Assembly: GCA_963749655.1 (NCBI GenBank)
Contig: CAVVOB010000018.1
Coordinates: 1-64,000 of the forward strand
Source: Nitrospirota bacterium
GTDB lineage: Bacteria; Nitrospirota; UBA9217
Length of the DNA stretch: 64,000 nt
Direction: 5' to 3'
This document shows, piece after piece, positions 10,946-22,148 of the stretch. Positions within the stretch are counted from its first letter, which is position 1; each line of letters starts with the position of its first letter. Position numbers and translations under genes: made by a program. The notes below the pieces were generated by a model, which saw only the letters and a program-made list of their open reading frames with translations, had not been told where the DNA came from and did not search any database.

Positions 10946-11760
10946 TACGGCGTCTCCGTCAACTCCGTTGTCGGTTTCTTTTTTCGCTTGCCGAACAGCC
11001 GGGCCGCAAGAATACCGACCTCATAGAGAAGGTATATGGGAATGGAAAGGATCGTTTGATTGAACATGTCCGGAGTCGGCGTCAGGATCGCCCCTATGAT
11101 GAACGCGCCGAGCAAGGCGAACTTCCGGTATTTCGCGAGCCAGTCGGGGCTCACGATACCCATGCGGCTGAGAAGCACGATGATCAGCGGCAGTTCGAAC
11201 ACCACGCCGCTCGCCAGCAGGAACTTGAGGACGAAATCGATATAATCGCCGATCCGGAGAATCGGCGATCAGATGTTCCGTCTTGTACGTGAGGAGAAAC
11301 GGGACGGCAAACGGCAGCAGCAGAAAAAAGCAGAACAGCACGCCGATGCCGAAGAAGAGCGTCGAGAAAGAAACGAAGGTCCCTACGTACTTTCGCTCTT
11401 TCTCCGGCAAGCCCGGGGGAAATAAACTTCCACAGCTGGTACATGATGAAAGGGAACACCACCATGATGCCCGCAATAAGCAGATCTTCAGGTGAGCCCA
11501 GAACGGCTCGATCAGCGTGGTGATAATGAGAGCTTCTGGGGCGTTGCATTCGGGAAAATCTTGACAAAGGGATAGACGAGTGTGGGCTCCATCTTCGTGT
11601 TCATGGGCCACAGAAGCACGCGCAGAATATCTTCCGAATAATTGAAGCACAGGCCGAATCCGATGAGATCAGGATGAGCGGAGCATGTGATCCTTTTCCT
11701 GAGTTCCTCGAGATGGTTCCAAAAAGACATCCTGAGCTCTTCCTCAGGCTTTGTTGTCAT
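10945..11760 (-). CDS. tatC: Twin-arginine translocase subunit TatC (frameshifted)
   Basis: [42 protein letters not shown] distributed over several frames. Confidence 0.9.
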
Positions 11761-12055
11761 CGTTCTTCTCCTTGCTCCCGCCATCATGCCCGGCGGCCTC
11801 ATGCTGCTTTTCCTCTTTGCCGTCCTCAGCCTGAGTGATCTGCTCTCCGGTTTTTTTGAGTTCGTCGAGCTGGGTGGACTTTTCCACTTCTTTCATTTCG
11901 GACTGGACGGTTTCCTGGAATTCCTGAGAAGCTTTCTTGAACTCAGCCATGGCGCGGCCGATGGACTGGCCCAGGTCCGGCAGTTTTTTGGGACCGAAGA
12001 CCAGCAGGGCGATAACGAAAATCACGATCAATTCCGGCAATCCAAGACCGAACAT
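11744..12055 (-). CDS. tatA: TatA/TatB subunit
   Basis: [42 protein letters not shown]. Confidence 0.9.
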   Translation of the reverse strand: MFGLGLPELIVIFVIALLVFGPKKLPDLGQSIGRAMAEFKKASQEFQETVQSEMKEVEKSTQLDELKKTGEQITQAEDGKEEKQHEAAGHDGGSKEKNDDNKA

Positions 12056-12173
12056 AATGCATCTCCTCTTTTTAGCGTTGATGGCAGAATGTGGATGAAG
12101 TATCTGAGCTGTCTTTGTGGCCGCGAAGCAATCCCTTCCCGAACATTCGAACTCCTCCTGCCGCAAGCCGTCC

Positions 12174-13237
12174 TCATTTTTTTTCGGGCATTAACTCGAT
12201 CACGGCATGCAATGTCAGGGGTTTGCCCTGCCGTACGACTTGCAGCGTTACGCTTTTGCCGATATGACCGAAGGCGACCATTCTCGGAAGCTCCGAGGGA
12301 TCGAGGATCTTCTTGCCGTCCAGCTCGATGATCACATCGCCGCGCTGGAGTTCGGCCTTGTCAGCCGGACCGCCCTTGACCACGCCGTTGACGATCGCGC
12401 CTACTGGTTCGGTCAGGCCGAGGGCCGCGGCCAGATCGGGAGTCAGCAGTCTGGGCAGAGACCCCGAGCCAGCCCATGTCGGGCTTGCCCTTTTCCTTGA
12501 TCGAGGGAAGGATTTCCTTGACCATGGTGATCGGAATCGCGAAACCGAGGTTCTGGCCGCTGGCGATGATGACCGTATTGATCCCGACCACCTCGCCCTG
12601 AGTATTGAACAGCGGGCCTCCGCTGTTGCCCGGGATTGATGGCAGCGTCGGTCTGGATCAGGTCGTCATAGGGGCCCGACGCCGATCACGCGGCCTTTTG
12701 CCGAAACGATCCCGGCGGTCACTGTATGGGACAGGCCGAAGGGATTGCCGATCGCCAGGACCCAGTCGCCGACCTCGAGCGCGTCGGAATCGCCGAGCGC
12801 GACCGCGGGAAGGTCCTGCGCGTCGACCTTGATCAGGGCGATGTCGATCTCCTCGGACCTGCCGACGAGCTTTGCCTCGAGCACCCGTCCGTCCGACAAG
12901 GCAACCTTGATATCCTTTGCCATGTCGACGACGTGGTTGTTCGTCAGGATATAGCCGTCGGGGCTGATGATGAAGCCCGACCCGAGGCTCTGGCGCACCT
13001 GCTCGCGCTGCGGCCTGTTGCCGAAGAACCGGTAGAAGAACTCGTCCATCTGCGGGTCGCCGAACGGCGACTGCTGCCGCACCTTGACCACCTGTTTGGT
13101 GGAAATGTTCACTACCGAGGGCATCTCTTTTTTCACGAGGGGGGCAAAGGATTCGGGGCGGAAGCAGCGTCCGACCAGGGCGGCATGACGCAGCAAAAAG
13201 CAAGGGCAGGAAGTACGACCTTGATCAGGGACCTCAT
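12174..13237 (-). CDS. HtrA/DegP-family serine protease with a PDZ domain (frameshifted)
   Basis: [47 protein letters not shown] and a C-terminal PDZ piece. Confidence 0.9.
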
Positions 13238-13409
13238 GAACGACCTCCGCGACGATGCAAAGAAGTCAACGTTCAATTGATAACACGGCACTGATGAATA
13301 GTCAAGGTGTTTCGGAGACTTAGATGTTCCGAAAGGCTGCATTACTTGTGAAAAAAATGGGCGGCTTTCTCATGCCCGTTGGCGAGAAAAAACGCAGTCA
13401 AGGAAAGAA

Positions 13410-13774
13410 TTACAATGAAACCCGTATTACTGTCTTCACATTGCCGCGGACATTGAAGTCGCCCACGACCTCAAGTGTGCGCGGCTTGAGGTTTTGACGA
13501 GCGTGTCGAAGATCAGGTTCGTCACCGCCTCATGGGATATGCTCTTGTCCCGGAAGCTGTTCAAATAGAGCTTCAGCGCTTTCAGCTCCACCACTTTTTC
13601 GTCCGGCGTATACGTGATCCTGATCGACGCAAAGTCGGGGTACCCCGAGCGCGGGCAGAGACAGGTGAATTCAGGATAGGATATTTCGATGACGTAGTCG
13701 CGGTCCGGGTTCGGATTGGGCCAGAGTTCGAGTTTTGCCTGTTTGATTGCCTTGCTGCCGTATTTCATTTTCAT
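13410..13774 (-). CDS. queF: NADPH-dependent preQ0 reductase (frameshift near the 3' end)
   Basis: [29 protein letters not shown]; FNVRGN in the shifted frame. Confidence 0.9.
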
Positions 13775-14057
13775 GGACTGCATTGTACCGATTTTATTTT
13801 TTTCTGTAAAGGTGATTTTTTGAGGAAGCGTCCCCGTCTCGATTCAATTCTGGTTACCTTGAGAGCAATCTTGTCAGCGAGCATCAAAGTAATGAACGCG
13901 CGGCAGCGGGAGGGCGCATTTCCCGGAAAGGACGCGTTCCGCCTTCCTGAGCAGGGGCCGCCCATTTTATTAGGTTGTTTTTTTCATCTAATGAATATAT
14001 AATTTCCTGATAAACTTGATCCAGTGCTTCATATACTATAGATTGAGGTCACCAGTC

Positions 14058-15105
14058 ATGACTCTGAGCTTTAACTGCATCGCCACCGGCATCGGCAGCC
14101 TGCCCGTAACGGACCCGGACGAGGCCGCTGCGCTGTCGCTCCGGTATCTTGGTGAAGCGCCGATCTGGCCGCAGCTGCCCCAAAGGGATTTTCGCGAGCA
14201 CATGGACGGCCAGTACAGCGAGTCGCTGCCCGGCATTCAGCTCGATGCAGTGAAAAAACGTTTTTATTTCGACACCTCAGAAGACCTGACGCCGGAGCTT
14301 GAACAATTCTTCGGGCAATACATCGAGAAAGACTACGGCTTCTTCAGGATCTCCGAGGAGTACGCCGCCGGTTTTTATGCCTTTCTCCGCGCATTAAAAA
14401 AAGGCGTTCCCGCGGGCGCACGTTTCCTGAAGGGCCACATCACCGGCCCGCTGACCGCGGGGATCTCGTTCAAGGATGAAGCCGGCAGGGACATCGTGCA
14501 CAATGAGGTATTCTTCGACGCCGTGGTAAAGGGCTCGCCATGAAGGCCGCCTGGCAGATCAAGGAGTTCAACAATTCGGGAAACCTGTCATCATCTTCAT
14601 CGACGAACCGGCCATGGAATCGCTCGGTTCGGCATTCTCCGCAGTACTCGTCGGAGATCATAGCCGAGAAGCTGAACGAGATCATCGACACGATCCACGA
14701 GCTGGGCGGCATCGCCGGCATTCACTGCTGCGGCAATGCGGACTGGCCCATGATCTTCAACACGAAGGTGGATATCGTGAATTTCGATGCCTTCGGCTAC
14801 ATGGAAAAGGTGATGCTCTATCCCGGACGATATCAAGAAATTTTACGAACGGGGCGGTGCGCTCGCCTGGGGTGTGGTGCCCGCGGGCGCCTTCACCGGG
14901 AAGCGAAACCGTTGATATGCTCGTGGCGAAGCTCGAATGCGGGCATGAAACGCGCTCGAGGACCAGCGGCATCGCGAAGAAGACCATCCTGCGCCAGAGC
15001 CTGATCACGCCGTCCTGCGGCCTGGGCAGCCTTACGCCGGACAAAGCCGAGGCCATCCTGAAACTGCTGGGGGCGGTATCGGGCAGGATGCAAAAACTGA
15101 TCTAA
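14058..15105 (+). CDS. Core (catalytic-domain-only) MetE-like methionine synthase, frameshifted
   Basis: TGIGSLP, WPQLP, KGHITGPLT, IHCCGNADW, VNFDA, ITPSCGLG Zn-binding motifs across ORFs 14016, 14540 and 14614. Confidence 0.75.
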
Positions 15106-15251
15106 CGGAAAAAATCACCAGCACTGTTATTTGGGCGCGGATCATAACGGATAAGCACGGATAGAATCGAAGGGAAGGGAATCCTTTTCGGAAGAAAAGG
15201 ATTCCTACTGTGCCTGTCTGCATGACTCTGCGTCCACGTTTTTATACTCTC

Positions 15252-16070
15252 ATGTTTCCTCGTGTATACCTCACAAAATTTCTTTTCGTCTCCTTCGCGT
15301 TTCATGTGCTGGCAGTCGTCGCGGCGCTGTTCCTGATCAAGCCGCGCCTGCCCGAACTCCCTCTGTTCACTCCGGTCAACATCGTGAACCTTCCGGCGCA
15401 GGAGACCAGACAGCTGCCTCCCGTACAAAGACCGGCCCCTGTCCGGCCGTCACCGGCCATGCCCCGTCGCCTTGTTCCTGAGAAGCCTCTGACTCCGAGC
15501 GCCGTGCCGATGCCGAAAAAATTCGGCGACAGCGATGAGATCAGGCTGCCCAAGACCCTCCCCCCGACAGGCGTGCCCGAGGGCGCCGAGCATGGGAGCG
15601 ATCAGGGGAAAACAGCGCCGGGAGCGGCATCTGGAAAGGCGGATACTCACAAGCAGACCGGTCCGCTCCCGTTCCTGACCCAGAACGACATCGATCAACT
15701 CGCCCGCAAGGGCATGCCCGCAAAAAAACCGGGCGATGATTCGGTAACACTCGACACGGACGAGTTCAAGTTCATGTCGTACAACCGGTGGCTCCAGATC
15801 AAGGTCGAGAGCGTCCTTCGCTATCCGGACCTTGCCGCCGAATCAGGATATCAGGGATCGCTCTATATCAAGTTCGACATCCTGAAAGACGGAACTCTCG
15901 GTGATGTGGAAGTCCTGAAGACGTCGGGATACAAAATCCTCGATGACGAGGCGGTCAGGGCGATCCGGGCCTCTGCTCCGTTCCAGCCGCTGCCCGATAC
16001 GTGGGACATGGACCGTTACTCCATCCGGGCGGCCGTAGTATTCTATCTCGGGGTAGGCTACATCCGGTGA
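15252..16070 (+). CDS. TonB-family energy transducer protein
   Basis: N-terminal TM with SxxxH, Pro-rich linker, C-terminal YP...SGYKILDDEAVRAIRASAPF domain. Confidence 0.85.
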   Translation: MFPRVYLTKFLFVSFAFHVLAVVAALFLIKPRLPELPLFTPVNIVNLPAQETRQLPPVQRPAPVRPSPAMPRRLVPEKPLTPSAVPMPKKFGDSDEIRLPKTLPPTGVPEGAEHGSDQGKTAPGAASGKADTHKQTGPLPFLTQNDIDQLARKGMPAKKPGDDSVTLDTDEFKFMSYNRWLQIKVESVLRYPDLAAESGYQGSLYIKFDILKDGTLGDVEVLKTSGYKILDDEAVRAIRASAPFQPLPDTWDMDRYSIRAAVVFYLGVGYIR

Positions 16071-17263
16071 CGGACCTCCTCAAAATAGGAGCCGCCTTCG
16101 CTCTTATCGTCCTGCTCCTGCGCTTCAAATGGAACCTGGGGCTCGTCATGCTTGCAGGAGCGGTCTTCCTCGGCGCTCTTTACCTCATCAGTCCCCTCTC
16201 CCAGGCGCAGGTCATGCTGCGCGCGTGCATCGATCCCGTGACGATCAATCTCGTGACAGGCCTTATTCTCATCATGATGCTCGAGAACATCATCAGGAAA
16301 AGGGGCGTGCTCAAGCGCATGATGGAGGCCGTTGTGAATGTCGCCCGGGACCGGCGCGTTGCCATGGCTGTGCTGCCCGGCGTGATCGGGGTCCTGCCGT
16401 CGGCCGGCGGTGCCGCTTTCTCGGCGCCCATGGTGCAGGAGGCGGCCGCTGATGTCGACATCACCCCGGAGCGCAAGGCCTTTGTCAACTACTGGTTCCG
16501 CCATATCTGGGAATACATTTCGCCGCTGTACCCCGGCGTGATCCTTGCCGCTGCGGTGACCAGGATCCCTCTGAACAGCTTCATGGTCTCCCAACTGCCG
16601 CTCCCCCTGGCGCTCGTCGGCGCAGGGGCGCTCCTGGCGTTCCGCGGAGTAGAAACCGCGCCGGTGCAGGGGAAGAGGACCCGGGAAGAGTTCACAGCCC
16701 TCTTCGTGACGCTCCTGCCGATCACGGCGGCTATCGTTCTGGTCGCGATCGTCAAGCTGCCGCTGGCTGTTGCCATGATCATGATCGTTGTGGCAATGCT
16801 TCTGTTCTATCGCTATTCCGCGAACGAGATCATGACGACACTTCGTGAAAGCCTGTCGATCAACATCGTGCTCATGGTTGCCGGAATCATGGTGTTCAAG
16901 GGCATGCTCGAAGCATCGGGCGCCATTGAGGCCTTGCCGGCATTCTTCCATAAAAGCGGCCTCCCTGTCGGTCTCGTGCTCTTCACGCTCCCGTTCATCG
17001 TGGGTCTTCTCACCGGCCTGACGGTCGGGTTCGTCGGCGCGACGTTTCCGATCATAACCGCCATGCTGGGAGGCACTCCCGATCCCGGGTCGATCTCCTT
17101 CGCCTTTGCCAGCGGCTTTGCCGGTGTCATGCTCTCACCCACCCACCTTTGCCTGCTCCTGACGCTCCGGTATTTCAAGGCGGACATGGCCGGGACCTAT
17201 CGTTTGATGTATGGGCCGGTCGTCCTGGTGCTGCTCGCGGGTCTGGTGCGGCTCTGGATATGA
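16067..17263 (+). CDS. DUF401-family membrane transporter-like protein
   Basis: IGVLPSAGGAAFSAP, NYWFRHIWE..SPLYPG, GVMLSPTHLC. Confidence 0.8.
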   Translation: MTDLLKIGAAFALIVLLLRFKWNLGLVMLAGAVFLGALYLISPLSQAQVMLRACIDPVTINLVTGLILIMMLENIIRKRGVLKRMMEAVVNVARDRRVAMAVLPGVIGVLPSAGGAAFSAPMVQEAAADVDITPERKAFVNYWFRHIWEYISPLYPGVILAAAVTRIPLNSFMVSQLPLPLALVGAGALLAFRGVETAPVQGKRTREEFTALFVTLLPITAAIVLVAIVKLPLAVAMIMIVVAMLLFYRYSANEIMTTLRESLSINIVLMVAGIMVFKGMLEASGAIEALPAFFHKSGLPVGLVLFTLPFIVGLLTGLTVGFVGATFPIITAMLGGTPDPGSISFAFASGFAGVMLSPTHLCLLLTLRYFKADMAGTYRLMYGPVVLVLLAGLVRLWI

Positions 17264-17388
17264 GCCTTCAGGACGTTGATGTGCTGCGCGCCCTGTGCGG
17301 AATTTTCCCGTCAGTTTGAACGGGTTTCGGCTTTGCGACACCTACTTTCCGTTTGATTTTTCAGGCCGAGTATGCTACTTTCCAGATC

Positions 17389-18582
17389 ATGATCACGTCC
17401 GATATCCTTGCAGATTCACAGAAGTACCTCATGAACACCTACGGCCGACAGCCGCTGGTCCTCATCAAGGGCCGCGGAACGAGAGTATTCGACTCCGACG
17501 GCCGGGAGTATATCGATTTTGTGTCCGGCGTCGCTGTGTGCAATCTGGGCCATTGCCATCCCCGGGTGGTGGTGGCGCTCCAGAAGCAGGCCCAGCGGCT
17601 TATGCACGTGTCCAATCACTTTCACAACGAGCCGCAGATCAACCTTGCCAAGGCCCTCGTCGCCCATTCCTTTGCCGACAAGGCGTTCTTCTGCAATTCG
17701 GGAACCGAGGCGGTCGAAGCGGCCATCAAGCTGGCCCGGCGGTACGCCCGCGAGGTCCTGAAACAGGACCGCTTTGAAATCATAACCATGCGCGGATCGT
17801 TCCATGGGAGGACTTTGGGAGCCCTTACCGCCACGGCTCAGGAGAAGTTTCATAAAGGATTTGAGCCGATCGTCCCGGGTTTTCAGTATGTGCCCTTCAA
17901 TGATATAGCTGCCGTAGAAAACGCCATTACCGACCGGACCTGCGCCGTGCTTGTTGAACCGGTGCAGGGAGAAGGCGGAGTCAACGTGCCGGCAGCGGGG
18001 TACCTCCGGGCGCTCCGGGACCTCTGCGACCGGAAGCAGATTCTGCTTATGCTCGACGAGATCCAGACCGGCATGGGCAGAACCGGCAGGCTTTTTGCCT
18101 ACGAACACGCCGGGATCGTCCCGGACGTGGTCATGCTTGCCAAGGGTCTCGGATCAGGAATGCCCATCGGCGCGCTCATCGCGACCGACAAAGCGGCCCA
18201 GGCGCTGACGCCGGGTTCCCATGGCTCCACGTTCGGGGGCAATCCCCTGGCCTGCGCTGCAGCAATTGCCTCCCTGGAGGCGCTGCTCGAGGACAACATC
18301 ATCATCCCCGCGGTAGAACAGCTCGGGAAGTACTTTCTCGAGGGGCTCGGCGGCCTGAAAAAGAAATACTCCTTCGTGAAGGACGTCAGGGGGCTGGGTC
18401 TGCTCGTGGGCATGGAGCTCGACTTCCCGGGCAAAGACATTGTCTCGGCCTGCATGAAGGAAGGCCTTCTCATCAACTGCACCATGGATACGGTGCTGCG
18501 GTTCATGCCGCCGCTCATCATTACTGAAGAGGAAATCGACCAGCTGCTCCGGACGCTGGATGATATTTTTTCGAAACGCTGA
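17389..18582 (+). CDS. argD: Acetylornithine aminotransferase
   Basis: NSGTEAVEAAIKLAR, FHGRT, DEIQTGMGRTG, LAKGLG, HGSTFGGNPLA; adjacent to argF. Confidence 0.93.
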   Translation: MITSDILADSQKYLMNTYGRQPLVLIKGRGTRVFDSDGREYIDFVSGVAVCNLGHCHPRVVVALQKQAQRLMHVSNHFHNEPQINLAKALVAHSFADKAFFCNSGTEAVEAAIKLARRYAREVLKQDRFEIITMRGSFHGRTLGALTATAQEKFHKGFEPIVPGFQYVPFNDIAAVENAITDRTCAVLVEPVQGEGGVNVPAAGYLRALRDLCDRKQILLMLDEIQTGMGRTGRLFAYEHAGIVPDVVMLAKGLGSGMPIGALIATDKAAQALTPGSHGSTFGGNPLACAAAIASLEALLEDNIIIPAVEQLGKYFLEGLGGLKKKYSFVKDVRGLGLLVGMELDFPGKDIVSACMKEGLLINCTMDTVLRFMPPLIITEEEIDQLLRTLDDIFSKR

Positions 18583-18651
18583 TCCTCGCAGACGAGTGAA
18601 TACATCAGGCGGCTGCCCCTGGCCGCCTCTTGATTTTTTTGGGGGGAACCT

Positions 18652-19572
18652 ATGAAAAAAGACCTGCTCACCATATCCGACCTTTCACAAAAGGATATCG
18701 ATGCGATCCTCAAACGGACCGCTGTCCTGAAAAAGCTGAGACGTCAGGGCAAAGCACACCCGACTCTGAAAGGGAAGACGCTCGGTATGATCTTTGAAAA
18801 ATCCTCGACGAGGACCCGCGTGTCGTTCGAAGTCGGCATGTATCAATTGGGAGGCCAGGCGCTCTTCCTTTCGGCCGATGACCTGCAGATCGGCCGGGGC
18901 GAACCACTGTCCGATACGGCGCGAACGCTGTCCCGGTACCTGGACGGGATCATGATCCGCACCTACGCTCAGTCCACGGTCGAAAGTCTTGCGCTGCACG
19001 CGACCATCCCGGTGATCAACGGACTGTCCGATCTCCACCACCCCTGCCAGGCCCTTGCCGACCTGTTCACGATCCAGGAAAAAAAAGGACGACTGAAAGG
19101 GTTGAAACTCGCGTATATCGGCGACGGGAACAATGTGGCAAATTCACTGATCGAAGCCTGCGTCAAAGTGGGCATGCATATTGCCGTCGGCTGCCCCCAC
19201 GGTTATGAGCCGGACGCCGGGGTCATGCGCCAGGCCAAACGGGACGCGGACAGAACCGGTTCCCAGCTAAAAATATTCAACGATCCTGTGAAAGCGGCAA
19301 AGGACGCTGATGCGGTATATACCGATGTCTGGGCAAGTATGGGGCAGGAAAAGGAGCATGCCGTCCGCGTGCGGGCTTTCCGGGGGTACCAGGTGGATGG
19401 AAAACTCATGAACGTTGCAGATTCCCGGGCCATTGTCATGCATTGCCTGCCGGCGCACCGCGGTGAAGAGATCGCCGCAGACGTGATCGACGGGCCGTTG
19501 TCGGTTGTTTTCGACCAGGCAGAGAACCGCCTTCACACGCAAAAGGCGGTCATGGAATTCCTGATGCGGTGA
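18652..19572 (+). CDS. argF: Ornithine carbamoyltransferase
   Basis: FEKSSTRTRVSFE, HPCQ, DVWASMGQE, HCLPAHRGEE, QAENRLH. Confidence 0.97.
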   Translation: MKKDLLTISDLSQKDIDAILKRTAVLKKLRRQGKAHPTLKGKTLGMIFEKSSTRTRVSFEVGMYQLGGQALFLSADDLQIGRGEPLSDTARTLSRYLDGIMIRTYAQSTVESLALHATIPVINGLSDLHHPCQALADLFTIQEKKGRLKGLKLAYIGDGNNVANSLIEACVKVGMHIAVGCPHGYEPDAGVMRQAKRDADRTGSQLKIFNDPVKAAKDADAVYTDVWASMGQEKEHAVRVRAFRGYQVDGKLMNVADSRAIVMHCLPAHRGEEIAADVIDGPLSVVFDQAENRLHTQKAVMEFLMR

Positions 19573-19741
19573 CGGCGACAATTTCGAGGTTGTGCACACT
19601 CTATCCGTAAAATTATAACAACAGAAAATGAAAACCTGCAATTTGCGAACAATAAATCTCAAATTATAATCTCACGCTGACAAGCCTCCCGAAATATGCT
19701 ATAAGTAGCCGAGTGTCTATCTGGCACGGGGAGGTGCGTGT

Positions 19742-20476
19742 ATGAAGCCCTTGATCGGGATTACCATGAACCTGGAGGAGCAGGCTTCCAGGGACTTGAA
19801 TATCCTTGACCGGGATTACGGCAAAGCAGTCGCCCAGGCCGGGGGAATACCGGTGCCGATCCTCAGCATTACCGAGGCAATTCCCGATCTGGTCAGATCT
19901 CTGGATGGGTTCCTCTTTACCGGCGGAGACGACGTTCATCCGAAATTTTACAAGGAAAAGCCCCTCCCCGGCGCACCCATGACGATCTCTCCGGATGCAC
20001 GGACGAAGTTCGAGATCAACCTCTTTAAAGAGGTGAGCAAAGCGAAAAAACCGGTCCTCGCCATCTGTCACGGCGCTCAATTGATCAATGTGGCGCTCGG
20101 CGGGAAATTGTTTCAGGACATCAACCGTCAGATTCCCAAAGCGCTGAAGCACAGCGCGATCAAAACGGGTGAAAAGGTATTTCATCCCGTGAATATCTTC
20201 GAAGGGACCAAGCTGTGCACCGTGATCGGATTGGATGATTGCCGAACAGCGGGAAACTGCAGCATCAAGATACGCAGCGCTCACCATCAGAGCATAAAAA
20301 ACCCCGGAAAGGGCTTGAGGCTTTCCGCTGTGTCTCCGGACGGCGTCTACGAGGCGCTGGAATCCCGGTCAAAGGATATGTTCCTCATAGCGGTGCAATG
20401 GCATCCGGAAAAAACATCCAATGACCCCTATACCAAGAGGCTTTTCAAGGCCTTCATCAACGCGTCAAAGCATTAA
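19742..20476 (+). CDS. Peptidase C26 / gamma-glutamyl-gamma-aminobutyrate hydrolase family
   Basis: TGGDDVHP, AICHGAQLINVALGG, SAHHQ, VQWHPE. Confidence 0.9.
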   Translation: MKPLIGITMNLEEQASRDLNILDRDYGKAVAQAGGIPVPILSITEAIPDLVRSLDGFLFTGGDDVHPKFYKEKPLPGAPMTISPDARTKFEINLFKEVSKAKKPVLAICHGAQLINVALGGKLFQDINRQIPKALKHSAIKTGEKVFHPVNIFEGTKLCTVIGLDDCRTAGNCSIKIRSAHHQSIKNPGKGLRLSAVSPDGVYEALESRSKDMFLIAVQWHPEKTSNDPYTKRLFKAFINASKH

Positions 20477-22085
20477 ATCCGGGTCCGTCGCCGGGGCCCT
20501 TCTGCGGCCCCTGGTCGTCCGGTCCCTCCTGCTCCTTTTCCTGCTGTCCCTTCTACCCAGCTGCCATCGGTCCGAAAGCGGACGTCTGCCCGGATACCTC
20601 TACCTCCGCGTGAATAGTAATCCGACTACCCTCGACCCCGCTCTCATAACTGATGTTCAGGGCGGAGGTATTGCCGCAAAGCTTTACAACGGTCTCGTAA
20701 GGTTCACGGAGGACTTGGCGATTGTTCCCGATATCGCCCACTCATGGACGCTTTCGGATGATCAGTTGACATACACGTTCCGGCTCCGTTTCGATGTCAC
20801 CTTCAGCAACGGGAAAAAAGTTACTGCCCAGGACGTCAAGTACTCCTTTGAACGCGTGCTGAACCCTCAGACAAAGGCCCCCCTCACCTGGGTCCTGGAC
20901 CGGATCGAGGGAGCACAGGACATGCTTGCGGGGAAGGCAACGTCGGCCGCAGGAATACGTGTGGTGAACGATCACACCCTGATCATCAAGCTTGAAAAAC
21001 CATTCGGACCGTTCCTCTCCCTCCTCGCCATGACGACAGCCTACATCGTGCCCCGCGAGGACGTGGAACGGATGGGAAAGGACTTCGGGACGCACCCGGT
21101 GGGAAGCGGCCCTTACACGCTGACCGACTGGACGCACGGCCAGCACCTCGTCCTCGCCGCACGCGATGATTATTTCGAGGGCAAAGCGAAACTGAACGGC
21201 ATCTATTACCGCATCATACCCGAGGACCTTACCGCTGTGCTCGAGTTCGAGACCGGCAGGCTCGATGTTCTGCTCATACCGTCATCGGAATACAAACGCT
21301 ATACGACCGATCCCGCGTGGCGTGATCTCGTGTACGGAAGGCCGGGATTAAACACGTATTATCTGGGAATGAACTGCACCCGACCGCCGTTCAATGACGT
21401 CCGGGTACGGCGGGCGGTCAATTATGCCGTCGACCGCCTGCATATTCTGAATACCGTCTTTGAGAAACGCGGCATCCTCGCGACCGGACCGGTCCCGCCG
21501 GGATTATGGAAAAACAGGGTGTTGCCGCAGGCCACGAGAGGGTATACGTATGATCCTGAAAAGGCCAGGGAGCTCATCCATCAGGCAGGAGCGGAAGGAA
21601 CAGCATTCAAGCTCTACATTTCAGCTGATCCGGAAGTCCTCGATATTGTCGAAGTAATCCAGAACTATCTGGCAAAGATCGGCCTGAAGGCGGAGATCAC
21701 CCAACTCGATTGGAGCGCATTTAAACACGCAGTAAATGACGGAGAGCCTGACGCCTTCTGGCTCTCCTGGTGGGCAGACTATCCAGACCCCGACGATTTT
21801 CTCTTTCCCCTATTCCATTCAGGGAGCGTCGGACCGGGTGGCAACCGTACGCGCTGCCTTGACCCCATCCTTGACCGCTTGATTGAAACCGCCGAACACA
21901 CCGTTGACGGAAAGAAGCGCTACCGCCTCTACCGGCAGGCGGAAGATCGCATCATACAGAATGCGCCCTGGCTCTTCATGTGGCACAAGGCCGATTACTA
22001 TGTTATCCAGCCCTGGGTCAAGGATTTTAAAATCTTCCCGATCTACTCAAGCGAAAAACGGCTCGATGTTTCTGTGGCCCGCTGA
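20421..22085 (+). CDS. ABC transporter peptide-binding lipoprotein (SBP family 5); true start probably near 20500
   Basis: Lipobox LPSC, PTTLDPA, YTFRLR..VTFSNG, PVGSGPY, WWADYPDPD. Confidence 0.88.
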   Translation: MTPIPRGFSRPSSTRQSIKSGSVAGALLRPLVVRSLLLLFLLSLLPSCHRSESGRLPGYLYLRVNSNPTTLDPALITDVQGGGIAAKLYNGLVRFTEDLAIVPDIAHSWTLSDDQLTYTFRLRFDVTFSNGKKVTAQDVKYSFERVLNPQTKAPLTWVLDRIEGAQDMLAGKATSAAGIRVVNDHTLIIKLEKPFGPFLSLLAMTTAYIVPREDVERMGKDFGTHPVGSGPYTLTDWTHGQHLVLAARDDYFEGKAKLNGIYYRIIPEDLTAVLEFETGRLDVLLIPSSEYKRYTTDPAWRDLVYGRPGLNTYYLGMNCTRPPFNDVRVRRAVNYAVDRLHILNTVFEKRGILATGPVPPGLWKNRVLPQATRGYTYDPEKARELIHQAGAEGTAFKLYISADPEVLDIVEVIQNYLAKIGLKAEITQLDWSAFKHAVNDGEPDAFWLSWWADYPDPDDFLFPLFHSGSVGPGGNRTRCLDPILDRLIETAEHTVDGKKRYRLYRQAEDRIIQNAPWLFMWHKADYYVIQPWVKDFKIFPIYSSEKRLDVSVAR

Positions 22086-22148
22086 AAAAGCCTCCTGCGC
22101 ACCACCCAACACCACCCGCCCTCACAAAGATAGATTGCCGTCTTCACC

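Noticed and set aside
13790-14057. SAM or preQ1 riboswitch between queF and the methionine synthase gene
   Set aside because: No SAM-I (ATC.AGAG...GCAACC) or preQ1 consensus could be found by eye.
4016-15105. Calling tatC, degP, queF, mobB and nrfD pseudogenes
   Set aside because: Motifs are fully conserved across frames and the damage appears indel-only, which fits sequencing error better than decay.
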